Positions 1 through 8,513 of a DNA stretch of 53,706 nt are shown here, in pieces. The stretch spans positions 1-53,706 of IMG/VR virus record IMGVR_UViG_3300012971_000006. One strand, written 5' to 3'. The notes under the pieces were generated by a model. The model did no database searches. It saw nothing but the letters and a program-made list of their open reading frames with translations, and was not told the origin of the DNA. The translations under genes were made by a program, and so were the position numbers. Source of the stretch: a virus. Its lineage: Duplodnaviria; Caudoviricetes. Within the stretch, counting starts at the first letter, position 1. The number at the start of each line of letters is the position of its first letter.

Positions 1-123
1 AATCCTGCCGCGCGCGGATAGGTCGGAATACCGGCGGCGTCATTGCTGGCCGCTCGACCGGCGCGGGCGTCGCCTCGCGTCGCGGCGCGGGTGCGCCACT
101 CGTTAGCGCGGCTTCCATCTCAT
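1..123. repeat. 123-bp terminal overlap, copy 1 (circular assembly)
   Basis: Bases 1-123 are identical to 53584-53706; the overlap lies inside the terL reading frame, which continues in frame across the join. Confidence 0.97.
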
Positions 124-1918
124 CCCAGCGGCTGTCTCGCCACGCCTCGAAGCGCATCGCGCCCGCCGCCGCGCGCGCGTAGATCCGACAGTCGAGCGCT
201 TCGTTGCGGTCGCGCATTTTTTCCCACGCGCTCACGCGCCGACTGCCGACTAGCTTAGTCACCAGATGCTCGCTGCACAGCTGCTCGAAATACTCTTTGC
301 TGTACTCGGGGAAGTGACAGAAGCCCGTCGGCCACTTTTCGCCCCGGCTCACGTCGGGCACGCTGCTGCGCAGCCATCGATATAGCTCTTCCTTTGCGAT
401 GGAGGAATTGACGGGCCACAGCCGGATACCGTACTTGAGCCGCTGCCCTTGCGGGCCCGTTTCGAGCAGGCGCGGCGCGCTGATCACCGTCGGCACGTGC
501 GGCACGCCCTTAACCGCGATGGCCCGGCCCGGCGCGAGCTTGCGCACAAAGTCGTAAACGGCCATGGTCGCGAATCCGCTGTCGACGGCCATGCGTTTGA
601 TGCGCGTCGGCTTGCCGTACTCGGTCGGAAAATCTTCATCGAGCAGCGCGGCCAGCTCGTTTTGCACGTGCGGCTGCGCTATCTCGCCTTCATACACGCG
701 ATAGTCGACCGACCAGCTTTGTTTATTGCGGCCCCAAGCAACTATCTCGACCTCGACGCGCCGGGCCTGCACGTCGACGCCAGCGGTTAGCAGCAGCCCG
801 CCGCGCGGCACGACGCCGATTTGGTAAGACTCGCGACGCTCATAGAGCCGCTCCGTGTCGGGCACTTCGGCGGCGTCGACCCACGGCTCGCCCAGCACGG
901 TATTGCGAAACGTCTGCAACTTTTCGGGGTCGGTTCCGGCCTGCTCATACTTGCGCGCAATTTCCTGCCAGCTCTGCCAGCCGACCGGCGAATAGAGACT
1001 CGACAGGTGATAGCCGCGCGTGCGCGGGTCGGCTCCACGGGCCCGAGCCCGCCATTCGCCACGCGGCAGCATGTACTCTTTGTGGTGATTCTCAATCGCG
1101 CGCGAGCAGCCCTCGCAGTAATAGCGCGTCGAGCTATAGTCGCCCGGCTTCCAGCGCAGCTGCGCGAATTTAAACACCTGCATGAAGTCGCAATGCGGGC
1201 ACGGTACGAAGTAGCCGCGCTGGTCCGTCTCACCGTAAAACCGCTCGATGCGCGACCGGCCCGACACCGTCGGCGTCGACACGATCAGGATTTTCCGGCG
1301 CGCGAAATTGGCCGTGCGGGCAATCGCTAGCGCGCACGGCTCGCCCTCGCCGTCGACGTCGCCCGGGTAGCCGTCGACCTCGTCGAGGAAGAGATAGCGC
1401 GCCGACATCGAGCGTAAGCCCTTCGCCGAATTCGCGCCGACCAGCACCAGAATGCCGCCCGGGAATTCCTTGCTCAAAAGCGTGTTGCCGCTGTCGCGCT
1501 GGCGAGGGTCGCGCACCAGCTCGCGCAGCTCGGGGTTGTCCTCAATCAGCGGCGTGATGCGCTGTTTCGAGTTGCGCTTGGCCATCTCGACCGTCGGCTG
1601 CACAGCCATCATCGGCCCGGGCGCGAATTGGATGTTATAGGCAATCCAGTTATTGCCGCACTCGGTGCCGCCGACCTGCGCACCTTTCTCGAATACGACC
1701 GTCTCGACGCGCGAGCTGGGCGAAAGGTCGTCCATGATGTCGCGCAGGAACGGCACGCGCGACGTGCGCCACGGGCCCGGCTCGGGCGAGCTGCGCGCGC
1801 TGAGCACGCGAAACCGGTCGGCCCACTCGCTGATCTTGAGCGCTGGGTCGGGCCGGGCGCCCGCGCGCGCGGCGGCGTCATAGATCGCAGCGGCGTCGGG
1901 CGTGGTCGTGGGCGTCAT
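1..1918 (-). CDS. terL: Terminase large subunit, lambda gpA family (642 aa; continues across the origin to stop at 53573)
   Basis: Hand translation from ATG 1918 (ATGA overlap with terS): ...PGPWRTSRVPFLRDIMD...VFEKGAQVGGTE (Walker A variant)...YLFLDEVDGY (Walker B)...IVSTPT...PCPHC...CEGC...LTAGVDVQ...MAVDSG...RNEALDC. Not in the ORF track because its stop is beyond base 1. Confidence 0.96.
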   Translation of the reverse strand, partial: MTPTTTPDAAAIYDAAARAGARPDPALKISEWADRFRVLSARSSPEPGPWRTSRVPFLRDIMDDLSPSSRVETVVFEKGAQVGGTECGNNWIAYNIQFAPGPMMAVQPTVEMAKRNSKQRITPLIEDNPELRELVRDPRQRDSGNTLLSKEFPGGILVLVGANSAKGLRSMSARYLFLDEVDGYPGDVDGEGEPCALAIARTANFARRKILIVSTPTVSGRSRIERFYGETDQRGYFVPCPHCDFMQVFKFAQLRWKPGDYSSTRYYCEGCSRAIENHHKEYMLPRGEWRARARGADPRTRGYHLSSLYSPVGWQSWQEIARKYEQAGTDPEKLQTFRNTVLGEPWVDAAEVPDTERLYERRESYQIGVVPRGGLLLTAGVDVQARRVEVEIVAWGRNKQSWSVDYRVYEGEIAQPHVQNELAALLDEDFPTEYGKPTRIKRMAVDSGFATMAVYDFVRKLAPGRAIAVKGVPHVPTVISAPRLLETGPQGQRLKYGIRLWPVNSSIAKEELYRWLRSSVPDVSRGEKWPTGFCHFPEYSKEYFEQLCSEHLVTKLVGSRRVSAWEKMRDRNEALDCRIYARAAAGAMRFEAWRDSRWDEMEAALTSGAPAPRREATPAPVERPAMTPPVFRPIRARQD

Positions 1919-2391
1919 AGCTTGGCGTCGGCAAAATCCTCGAAGATTCGCCGCAGCTCCCCTTCGAGCAGCGCGTACACGTTGGCCTCATCTTTCTCGG
2001 CGGCGAGCAGCGCCGACAGTCGCGCCGGAATGTTGAAGCAAGCGTCGCGAATGTTGCGAAAGCGCGTAAACGCCGCGCGCTCGACGTCGGCGCGTTTGAC
2101 CAGCTCGCCGCTGCGCTGCTGCAATTCGAGCCGCCGCCGCTGCGCTTCATAAACTTCCTTCAATGCGCGCGCATCGCTGTACAGCATGCCGGGCAGAGGT
2201 TCGGTCGCGCCCGTCGGCTGCGTGCGCGGCTTGCTGCTCAGATGTTCTCTAGTGGTTTCGGCCCATTGCCGGTCGGCGATTGCGGGGTCGATGCTCCCGT
2301 CTGCATTGCGCAGAATGCGACCTGCCAGAATGGCATTGCGCACCGTTTCAGGATTGCAGCCACGATACGCGGCATATTCGGTGATGCTCAT
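1915..2391 (-). CDS. terS: Terminase small subunit (Nu1-like)
   Basis: N-terminal wHTH-like MSITEYAAYRGCNPETVRNAI, coiled coil and GELV..ADV motif; directly upstream of and coupled to terL. Confidence 0.88.
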   Translation of the reverse strand: MSITEYAAYRGCNPETVRNAILAGRILRNADGSIDPAIADRQWAETTREHLSSKPRTQPTGATEPLPGMLYSDARALKEVYEAQRRRLELQQRSGELVKRADVERAAFTRFRNIRDACFNIPARLSALLAAEKDEANVYALLEGELRRIFEDFADAKL

Positions 2392-2467
2392 GGAACGATT
2401 GCCCTATCAGCGGAAAGTGCTGTACACTTCAGCTGGAAAGCCTGAGTTAGTTCGATGAGCTGTAAGT

Positions 2468-2502
2468 GACCCGCCGGTTTTCGGACCCCGGCGGGTCTTT
2501 TT
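2468..2502 (+). terminator. GC-rich hairpin with T-tract on the plus strand (possibly bidirectional)
   Basis: GACCCGCCGG-loop-CCGGCGGGTC followed by TTTTT, between the Pro-rich gene and terS. Confidence 0.5.
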
Positions 2503-2506
2503 ACGT

Positions 2507-3442
2507 TTAGGCTTTGACGGTGCCCGGTGCGGGCGGATAACCCACGGTCGACACCGGGGTCGGCTTCGGCGCGCCAGCGCTTGGCGGGCCCCCGGGCGGC
2601 ACATCAGTCGGCGGATTCGGCGGCACGCCCCCGGTCGGCGGCATTGCAATCGGGTGCTCGGGATGCGGCGCATTCGGGTCGGGCGGCGTACTGCCGCCAG
2701 AGCCCGAGTTGCCGTAAGGAACAAACACCCAGCCATAAATCGGGCTCCACGCCCAGTAACCACCTCCGACGGGCGGCGGCGGGCCGGGCCAGACACCCGG
2801 CGGCGGCGGCTTCAAAGTTGGCGGCTGCGGGTCGGGCAGCGGATGACCGGCGACGGGCGGATAGCCGGGCCCCGGCGGCAGCGTTATTCCCGGCGGGCCC
2901 CAGATAGGAAACGTCGGCGAGCCCGGCGGCGGCGGTATAACTATCGGGTGTGTCGGCACGCCCGGCGGCGTCGGCAGCGGATGACCCGCGACCGGCGGAT
3001 AACCGGGCTTGTCGGGGAAGTTGCTTCCCGGCGGGCCCCAAATGGGGAATGTCGGCACGCCGGGTTGCCCTGGCGGCTGCGGGTAAATCGGCCCGCCGCC
3101 AATTCCCGGCGGCATGCCAGCACCGGGCGGCACGAAGCCCGGCGGGCCCCAGATTGGGTGCTCGGGATGCGGCGGGCCCCCAGGCCCCCAGTTGGGCGGC
3201 TGCGGCGGTATCGGTAGTGGATGACCCGCGACCGGCGGATAACCGGGCTTGTCGGGGAAGTTGCTTCCCGGCGGGCCCCAAATGGGGAATGTCGGCGAGC
3301 CCGGCGGGCCCGGCGGTATCACAATCGGGTGCTCGGGGTGCCCTGGCTGCACGCCCCAGCCGGGCATGCCGGGCAGCATAATTGGGTTGCTTGGGTGCGG
3401 GCCGCTCCAGCCCTCACCTAGTGGAATGATTAAAGCTAACAT
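2507..3442 (-). CDS. Proline/glycine-rich repeat protein (311 aa), function unknown
   Basis: Three PTFPIWGPPG...PGYPPVAGHPLP units, several HPEHPI/THPI units, C-terminal aromatic motif GGYWAWSPIYGWVFVP; GAGGTG upstream. Confidence 0.85.
   Translation of the reverse strand: MLALIIPLGEGWSGPHPSNPIMLPGMPGWGVQPGHPEHPIVIPPGPPGSPTFPIWGPPGSNFPDKPGYPPVAGHPLPIPPQPPNWGPGGPPHPEHPIWGPPGFVPPGAGMPPGIGGGPIYPQPPGQPGVPTFPIWGPPGSNFPDKPGYPPVAGHPLPTPPGVPTHPIVIPPPPGSPTFPIWGPPGITLPPGPGYPPVAGHPLPDPQPPTLKPPPPGVWPGPPPPVGGGYWAWSPIYGWVFVPYGNSGSGGSTPPDPNAPHPEHPIAMPPTGGVPPNPPTDVPPGGPPSAGAPKPTPVSTVGYPPAPGTVKA
2841..3296. repeat. Intragenic direct repeats: identical 78-bp copies at 2979-3056 and 3219-3296, diverged copy ~2841-2918
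   Basis: Direct base comparison; identical copies are 240 bp apart. Confidence 0.92.
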
Positions 3443-3469
3443 TCGAGTTTCCGCTCACCTCTTAGTTGC

Positions 3470-3498
3470 ATTTATCATCGTTGCGCCGCTTAGGTCAA
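3470..3498 (-). promoter_or_regulatory. Possible sigma70 promoter of the Pro-rich gene
   Basis: TTGACC-17 nt-ATAAAT; weak -10. Confidence 0.3.
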
Positions 3499-3528
3499 CG
3501 TATTTCTCGATTTACCAGACTGAAACAC

Positions 3529-3693
3529 TAAGTGCACTTATTAAGTGGCCTCACAGCCACTTTTACGGCGCTTTAACGGCAGTTTCAAAAGTGGCCCGCA
3601 CGCAGCGTCGACCCAAGCTATTTTTCGGTGCTGAAATGTGAGCATAGGTGCGGGTTCGGACCCCCCGGGCCGTGGCCCTCCCTGAAAGGACCC
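3529..3693 (-). other. Lambda-type cos region (cosQ-like GGGTCCT, cosN-like GGGTCCGAACCC, AT-rich cosB-like segment)
   Basis: Minus strand CGGGTCCTTTC (GGGTCCT at 3687-3693) matches lambda cosQ context; 22-23 nt later GGGGTCCGAACCCGC resembles lambda cosN; AAGTGGC elements follow; upstream of terS/gpA. Confidence 0.7.
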
Positions 3694-3774
3694 GCGCGTG
3701 TAGTCCCTACCAGCCGCGCTCAGCTGCCCGTGGCTGCGTCGCCGGGCAGGTCGCCGACGTCTTGATCCTGCCGG

Positions 3775-3817
3775 AAAAACGAAGAGCCCGGCGTCGCTAT
3801 TGCAGCGGGCCGGGCTC
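3775..3817 (-). terminator. Rho-independent terminator ending the accessory region before cos
   Basis: GAGCCCGGC...GCCGGGCTC stem followed by TTCGTTTTT on the minus strand. Confidence 0.7.
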
Positions 3818-3839
3818 ATGGGGGAATACCGGGTTGGGT

Positions 3840-4149
3840 TCAGTCGATACGCGCCGGGCACTCGGTGAGCCGGGCCTGCCGCTCGCGATAGTAATCGGGC
3901 GTCAGATAGAAGTCGCGACCGGCTTCGCTGCACAAGCAGTCGCGGCCCTCGGGGTCCATGGCCAGCGCGTCGGCTGTGATCATCGAGGTCGGGTCGCCGG
4001 GCACGCGAATCTTGATGGCGACATGGTCGCCTTGAATGTACGGGTATGAAATGAATTCCCAGAGGGTCGCCTCGGAGGTCTTTGGCGAGCCGGTGCGGTT
4101 TGTGCGTATTTTTCAGCGCGAGCATTGCGAGTTGTAGATCCATTTCCAT
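3840..4149 (-). pseudogene. Small gene apparently split by a frameshift near 4060-4068
   Basis: Coupled start (TAATG at 4149) gives MEMDLQLAMLALKNTHKPHRLAKDLRGD, then GC3-rich codons move to another frame (LWEFISYPYIQGDHVAIKIRVPGDP...CPARID*) that has no start of its own. Confidence 0.5.
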
Positions 4150-4349
4150 TAAGCCGACTCCTTTGTAGTTGCCTTGCGGCGGGTGCGCAGCGCGTCTTTG
4201 CAGGCGACGCACTCGCAGGTCTTGCCGATGAACAGCTGCTGCCGCAAGATGGTCACGCCCGGCGCGTCGAATGAATGGCCGCACGACAGCTTGACGGCCC
4301 ACTTCGAGCCGAAGCGCAGCATACGGGTAATCTCGACCTGCGCCATCAT
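4149..4349 (-). CDS. Small Cys-containing protein (LSCGH...CxCxxC)
   Basis: ORF track; coupled to neighbours. Confidence 0.75.
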   Translation of the reverse strand: MMAQVEITRMLRFGSKWAVKLSCGHSFDAPGVTILRQQLFIGKTCECVACKDALRTRRKATTKESA

Positions 4350-4579
4350 TTGCGCCGCCCTTCGCGCTGCTGGTATTCGCGCAGCTGCTGCTCGGCGTCG
4401 TGCATTTGATCGAACGTGTAATACGTCAGAAAAGCCGCCGTCGCCATGGTGAGCAGCGCGGCGCAGATGACGACGGTATGGGCCACGTGCCCGCGAAAGC
4501 TGCTAGTCGGCTGCGCGATGGTGACGACGCAGCGAAAGCACACGTACACGGTCATGATGACCATGAGGTCGGCGAGCAT
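4346..4579 (-). CDS. Small membrane protein, two predicted TM segments
   Basis: Two hydrophobic stretches, charged C-terminus; AGGAGG RBS. Confidence 0.75.
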   Translation of the reverse strand: MLADLMVIMTVYVCFRCVVTIAQPTSSFRGHVAHTVVICAALLTMATAAFLTYYTFDQMHDAEQQLREYQQREGRRK

Positions 4580-4863
4580 TAGCGTGCCCTCCTGCGTGCG
4601 GTACGCGACGGCGCATGCCGACGGTTGAGTGTGAGCCAGTCGTAATGCGCGCGGGCTGCGTCGGGCGGCGAGGCGACGACGTTGCTGTTCATGACGGTGA
4701 TGGTTTTGAGCACACCGTGCGGTGCAGCGATGAAGCTGAACGGGCGGCGACCATTCGCTCTGTACAGCTCCATCGCATCGGCGTAGCTGATTGCGATCAG
4801 GTTGGTCGTTTCGGGTGCGTTCACTTGGAACCCCCGGGTACTGCGTAATAAAAATGCATACAC
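4579..4863 (-). CDS. Hypothetical protein (start uncertain)
   Basis: ORF track; follows TAGGAC-box promoter. Confidence 0.55.
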   Translation of the reverse strand: MYAFLLRSTRGFQVNAPETTNLIAISYADAMELYRANGRRPFSFIAAPHGVLKTITVMNSNVVASPPDAARAHYDWLTLNRRHAPSRTARRRAR

Positions 4864-4865
4864 CT

Positions 4866-4887
4866 TAAGTATATCAAGTCCTACTTA
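4866..4887 (-). promoter_or_regulatory. TAGGAC-box promoter, copy 1
   Basis: Minus strand TAAGTAGGACTTGATATACTTA; 20/22 identical to 16536-16557; TATACT -10. Confidence 0.7.
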
Positions 4888-4941
4888 ACGTAAAACGGGC
4901 GCGTCTACTGTGGCTGATGCCGGGCCGGTCGAGCTGGGCGG

Positions 4942-4971
4942 AATAAAAAAAGGGCCGCTGCGCGCGGCCCC
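4942..4971 (-). terminator. Rho-independent terminator
   Basis: GGGCCGC-GCGCA-GCGGCCC followed by TTTTTTTATT. Confidence 0.85.
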
Positions 4972-5019
4972 TGTGGAGTTTTTGGAACGTCCTAAAAAGC
5001 GTAATACCCGGCCCTCAGT

Positions 5020-5247
5020 TTACACCGGCGCGGCTGGGTTGCGACCGATACCTTTCGACCCCCAGTGCTCAATCACCCACTGGCGACCGATGTCGACGAC
5101 GGTGCGCTGGCAGCAGGTGCACAGGATGCGGCTCACGCCCTCGGTTGAGTCCATGATGACGGGCAGACCGCAGCAGTACGGCACGTGATGCCCTTCGGGC
5201 GTCGTGCGCAGTTCCTCGAATTCGAGCAGAGCTTCAGCGAGATTCAT
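5020..5247 (-). CDS. Small Cys-rich hypothetical protein
   Basis: YCCG...CTCC motifs; overlaps upstream gene. Confidence 0.7.
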   Translation of the reverse strand: MNLAEALLEFEELRTTPEGHHVPYCCGLPVIMDSTEGVSRILCTCCQRTVVDIGRQWVIEHWGSKGIGRNPAAPV

Positions 5248-5683
5248 CGGCGCAATTTACCATGCGCGTAGCCTTTAGCCAATCGCAACCATCGGGCATG
5301 GTGTAAATATAGCCGCCCTCGGTCTGCCGCCGGGTATTCAGTTGCAGGTCGCGCTGCGAATAACCGTGGGCGTGCATCACGTGTTCCTGCGTCTCGACCA
5401 GATCACTGCTTTTCCAGCCGTCGCAAAGCAGACAGTTGAGCGACCATGTCGGAGTCCATGAAGGCTCGGTCGCATTATCGCGGCATTCGGTGCACAGCGC
5501 GACGCCGCCGGTGCGCGAGAGGTCGCCGAAGCTCATGACCTCGTGCCCGCATTCGAGCACCAGCATGTGCCCGCTGCGAGTGTGCGGTATTCTCCGCACG
5601 CGTTTTATCTGCTTGTGAAAAACGGTGTTGCGCGGCCCTTCATCGGGTTCAATGAAGCAGCCGCCGCCGACCGGGATTTTCAC
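5234..5683 (-). CDS. Hypothetical protein with two putative zinc-binding motifs
   Basis: LECGH...CTEC and CLLC...HVMHAH (C2H2-like). Confidence 0.75.
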   Translation of the reverse strand: MKIPVGGGCFIEPDEGPRNTVFHKQIKRVRRIPHTRSGHMLVLECGHEVMSFGDLSRTGGVALCTECRDNATEPSWTPTWSLNCLLCDGWKSSDLVETQEHVMHAHGYSQRDLQLNTRRQTEGGYIYTMPDGCDWLKATRMVNCADESR

Positions 5684-5877
5684 GTTAGCCGCCCGCTGCC
5701 GTGTGGGGTTCCGGCCTCGGGCCGGGCGCCGTGAGCGATGGCCGCGTCGGCGTAAGCGTTCATCAACTCGCGCAGCTGATCGATAAACAAAGCGCGCGCC
5801 GTCTTATCGCGTGGCGCATGATCGCGAACGAAATTTTCGATTCGCCGCTGTAAGTGCAGTTCCCTGATAGTGGCCAT
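5680..5877 (-). CDS. Hypothetical protein
   Basis: ORF track; tightly packed in operon. Confidence 0.7.
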   Translation of the reverse strand: MATIRELHLQRRIENFVRDHAPRDKTARALFIDQLRELMNAYADAAIAHGARPEAGTPHGSGRLT

Positions 5878-6153
5878 TTAAAGCGCCTCAATCTCGAAAT
5901 GCCCGCCCGCCATTTCTTCGACCCATGGGCCCCACGGCTTGCCGTCCAACTCCGCGCGCGCTGCCATCATCACTATCTTGCACAGCTCGCGATGTATGGT
6001 CATACCCCTCGGATCAATTACGAATGGCGGCTTGTCATCAAACGCGACCGCGATAGCGCGTTTGTTGGTCGAGATGATCAGCACGGTCGCCTCGGCCCAT
6101 TTATCGGGCGCGCCGTGCGGATACACTTTGACGCGGTCGCCCTTAGTTAGCAT
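5878..6153 (-). CDS. Hypothetical protein
   Basis: ORF track; beta-rich sequence; GGAG RBS. Confidence 0.75.
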   Translation of the reverse strand: MLTKGDRVKVYPHGAPDKWAEATVLIISTNKRAIAVAFDDKPPFVIDPRGMTIHRELCKIVMMAARAELDGKPWGPWVEEMAGGHFEIEAL

Positions 6154-6433
6154 GCTCGGTTGCCCGCTGGCAGGCCATCAGGTGCGCGACCCAGCTCGGG
6201 TCACCGGCGAGCCGGTCGACCCGCTGCTCGGCTTTAAGCAGCGCGGCCTCGGGTACGCTCGCTTGCAGCGCGGCCAAGCGAGCCGTTGCGAGCGCGCGCT
6301 CGTCGGCCTCGATTTCGTTGAGCACTTCGGACATCATGCGGGCCATGGCGTGTACGCAGCAGCCCAGATGCTCTGCCACGACGCCGCAGATCACGCCGAC
6401 GCGAAAGACGATCAGCGTTTGCTCGCGCGTCAT
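6143..6433 (-). CDS. Hypothetical protein (start moved to TGATG overlap)
   Basis: MTREQTLIVFRVG...; coupled to upstream stop. Confidence 0.65.
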   Translation of the reverse strand: MTREQTLIVFRVGVICGVVAEHLGCCVHAMARMMSEVLNEIEADERALATARLAALQASVPEAALLKAEQRVDRLAGDPSWVAHLMACQRATEHAN

Positions 6434-6624
6434 CAAAGTTTTTCGACTCTGCATGCGCCAATCCTCCGACACCATCGAACCAAATTATCGAGCGGCTGGC
6501 CGACAAAACGTCTCACAATCGGAGCCGCCCAGATGATTATGCCGCGCCGGTCGGTGTCGACCTGCACGGTAAACGCCATGCAAGTTATCCAGTACTTTAC
6601 TCTGCCAGCTTCGGCAGGTTCCAA
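6433..6624 (-). CDS. Small hypothetical phage protein (AAPIVRRFVGQPLDNLVRW motif; start uncertain)
   Basis: ORF track; fills operon gap. Confidence 0.65.
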   Translation of the reverse strand: MEPAEAGRVKYWITCMAFTVQVDTDRRGIIIWAAPIVRRFVGQPLDNLVRWCRRIGACRVEKL

Positions 6625-7205
6625 GTGTCACCCAGAGCCCGGCGCAGCAGCGGCAGCGCTTGCTCTTCAGTCAGCCGCACGCCTTGCTGCCAAAATTCCT
6701 GCGCGAGGTATGGCCGCGCCGGTCGCACATACGGCTGCTTCAAATACCGCTCCATGAAAACCTCGGCCTCGCCGATTTCGACTAACTGGCTGGCGACCGC
6801 GACAAACAATTCGGGCCGGTCGGGAAGCTGCGTATGGTCGACCAGCATCGCATGCCCGGTCGGCATTTTGCTCGCTTCGGCCTCGACGTGCAGCTCGCGC
6901 AGGTAATGGCGCGCGGCCAAGTACGGGCAGGTGCTGAGCGAATATTCGCAGCAGTCGTGATGCATCGGCAGATCGTAATACCAGCCGTTCGGATCATACG
7001 CCGATCTGGGCCCGCCGGTAAACCATTTCCACTTACCCAGCCGCTCGCCGCAAATCGGGCAGAGGGCCTGCTGCAATGCCTTGAGCCGTTTGCGGTCGTC
7101 GTTGACCCTAAACAGCGGCGCGCCGTCTTTGCCGATCACCACATTCCACGGGATTGGAAAGCCCCGGTGTGTCGGCAGCTGGGCGACGCGCGGCGGCATG
7201 GTCAT
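6597..7205 (-). CDS. Hypothetical protein, putative zinc-binding
   Basis: RGFPIPW, CPICGERLG, PMHHDC...TCPYL motifs. Confidence 0.85.
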   Translation of the reverse strand: MTMPPRVAQLPTHRGFPIPWNVVIGKDGAPLFRVNDDRKRLKALQQALCPICGERLGKWKWFTGGPRSAYDPNGWYYDLPMHHDCCEYSLSTCPYLAARHYLRELHVEAEASKMPTGHAMLVDHTQLPDRPELFVAVASQLVEIGEAEVFMERYLKQPYVRPARPYLAQEFWQQGVRLTEEQALPLLRRALGDTWNLPKLAE

Positions 7206-7532
7206 CTAACCGGCCCTCGCTTGTTTGTCGCGCTTGAAAGCCTCGGTCATCATCTGCACCAGCGCGAGGGCCACATCGCGACAGGAATAGACGCGACTCA
7301 TCGCGAGGTCGAGCACCGTCAGCCCGTGCGGCGAGTGCATCACGTTTATAGTCGTGATGAAAACCAGAATATCGATGTCGGTCGTGCTCAAAAGCTCGAT
7401 GGCTTTCTGCTTGGAAAGCTCGGCCTTGCGGTCGGCGGTCGACGACTGCAAGCTCACGAGATACGTCTCAATCCAATCGACCAGCAGCGCGCGAGCCCGT
7501 TCCGATAACGGTCGCGAGTAAGGTTCGTTCAT
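7206..7532 (-). CDS. Hypothetical protein (start moved to ATGA overlap)
   Basis: MNEPYSRPLSERAR...; coupled to upstream stop. Confidence 0.7.
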   Translation of the reverse strand: MNEPYSRPLSERARALLVDWIETYLVSLQSSTADRKAELSKQKAIELLSTTDIDILVFITTINVMHSPHGLTVLDLAMSRVYSCRDVALALVQMMTEAFKRDKQARAG

Positions 7533-8092
7533 TTCTTCAGCTCCCGAATGATTGCGCCCACAATGCGACGCCGCCGGTCGGCAAAGCGCCAGTCGGGCCC
7601 GGCCCGATAGCCCAGATCCTCGACCCGCTGATACTCGACGCGCGTGCCCTCGCTGTTTTCCGCGCTCCACATTTCTTTGCCGCTATACGGCCCGATCACG
7701 CCCGGCCCCACGATGATGCTGTACTGTGGCCGCTCGGCCTGCCACAAAGAAAAGTCGCCGAACATGCCGCCCGCGACTGCGATCAAGTGACCGTTCCATT
7801 TCCCGTCTTTCGACTGGCCCGGCGTGTACCCGTAGCCGATGCCGACCGACCAGCTGCCGTCGACCGGCGAGTAAGCCTTCACGTCGATTTCGCCACGGTC
7901 GACGTGCGCCGCGAATGCGCGGTTATAGAGCATTACGCGCGTCGCGACCGGCTCGACCTCGACGCCGAAGTATTGGCCGACGTCGATAGCGATGCGCGTC
8001 GCAAAGACACAGAGGTCGCGCCGTTTAAAACCAGCTTCGAGGGCCGGGCCCACTAATGGCGCGAGCCGCCGGAATAACTCCGCAGCGGTCAT
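7529..8092 (-). CDS. Putative transglutaminase/papain-fold protein (Cys-His-Asp)
   Basis: DLCVFATRIA...WNGHLIAV...FGDFSLWQ spacing resembles transglutaminase-like triads. Confidence 0.55.
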   Translation of the reverse strand: MTAAELFRRLAPLVGPALEAGFKRRDLCVFATRIAIDVGQYFGVEVEPVATRVMLYNRAFAAHVDRGEIDVKAYSPVDGSWSVGIGYGYTPGQSKDGKWNGHLIAVAGGMFGDFSLWQAERPQYSIIVGPGVIGPYSGKEMWSAENSEGTRVEYQRVEDLGYRAGPDWRFADRRRRIVGAIIRELKK

Positions 8093-8307
8093 GAGGTCCG
8101 AAAATCTCTCACCGTTGGCTCGCCGGGCGCGGCTGCGGCTTTACCGATGCAATCGTGCGAGCACGCATGCCCGGTCGCGCGCGGCAGATAGGTCGGTCGC
8201 GTCATGTGGAGCAGCACCAGCCAGCCGTCGAGGTCGGGCACGAAAACGGCATAGATGTCGGCTGGCTCCAGCTGGCGTTTACACCCGTCGCAAAGAATTA
8301 CGTGCAT
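8089..8307 (-). CDS. Small zinc-finger-like protein
   Basis: CDGC...HACSHDC. Confidence 0.7.
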   Translation of the reverse strand: MHVILCDGCKRQLEPADIYAVFVPDLDGWLVLLHMTRPTYLPRATGHACSHDCIGKAAAAPGEPTVRDFRTS

Positions 8308-8309
8308 AG

Positions 8310-8513
8310 TCAGTACGTCCTGTGGTGATTACTCTGATACTTGGTCGCTTCGGCGCAGGTTTCATAGTGGCCGTCGGTGAAGTACTCGTCGCATTGGCGG
8401 CAGTAATTTTTCCAGAGCTGCGCGGTGCATTTGTCGCAGAGCTTATGGTCGAGCGCGTCTTGGGCCTGCTCGGCGCGGAGGTAAGCGACCATGTCGTCGT
8501 CGAGTAGCGGCAT
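8310..8513 (-). CDS. Small Cys/His-rich protein
   Basis: CDKC...YCRQCD...GH..TC. Confidence 0.7.
   Translation of the reverse strand: MPLLDDDMVAYLRAEQAQDALDHKLCDKCTAQLWKNYCRQCDEYFTDGHYETCAEATKYQSNHHRTY

Noticed and set aside
2841-3296. Repeats as a CRISPR array
   Set aside because: 78-bp in-frame coding repeats, no unique spacers of regular length, no cas genes.
3541-4302. 253-aa ORF as a cos-associated HNH endonuclease
   Set aside because: No HNH motif; rare codons after ~4060; runs through a terminator and the cos region.
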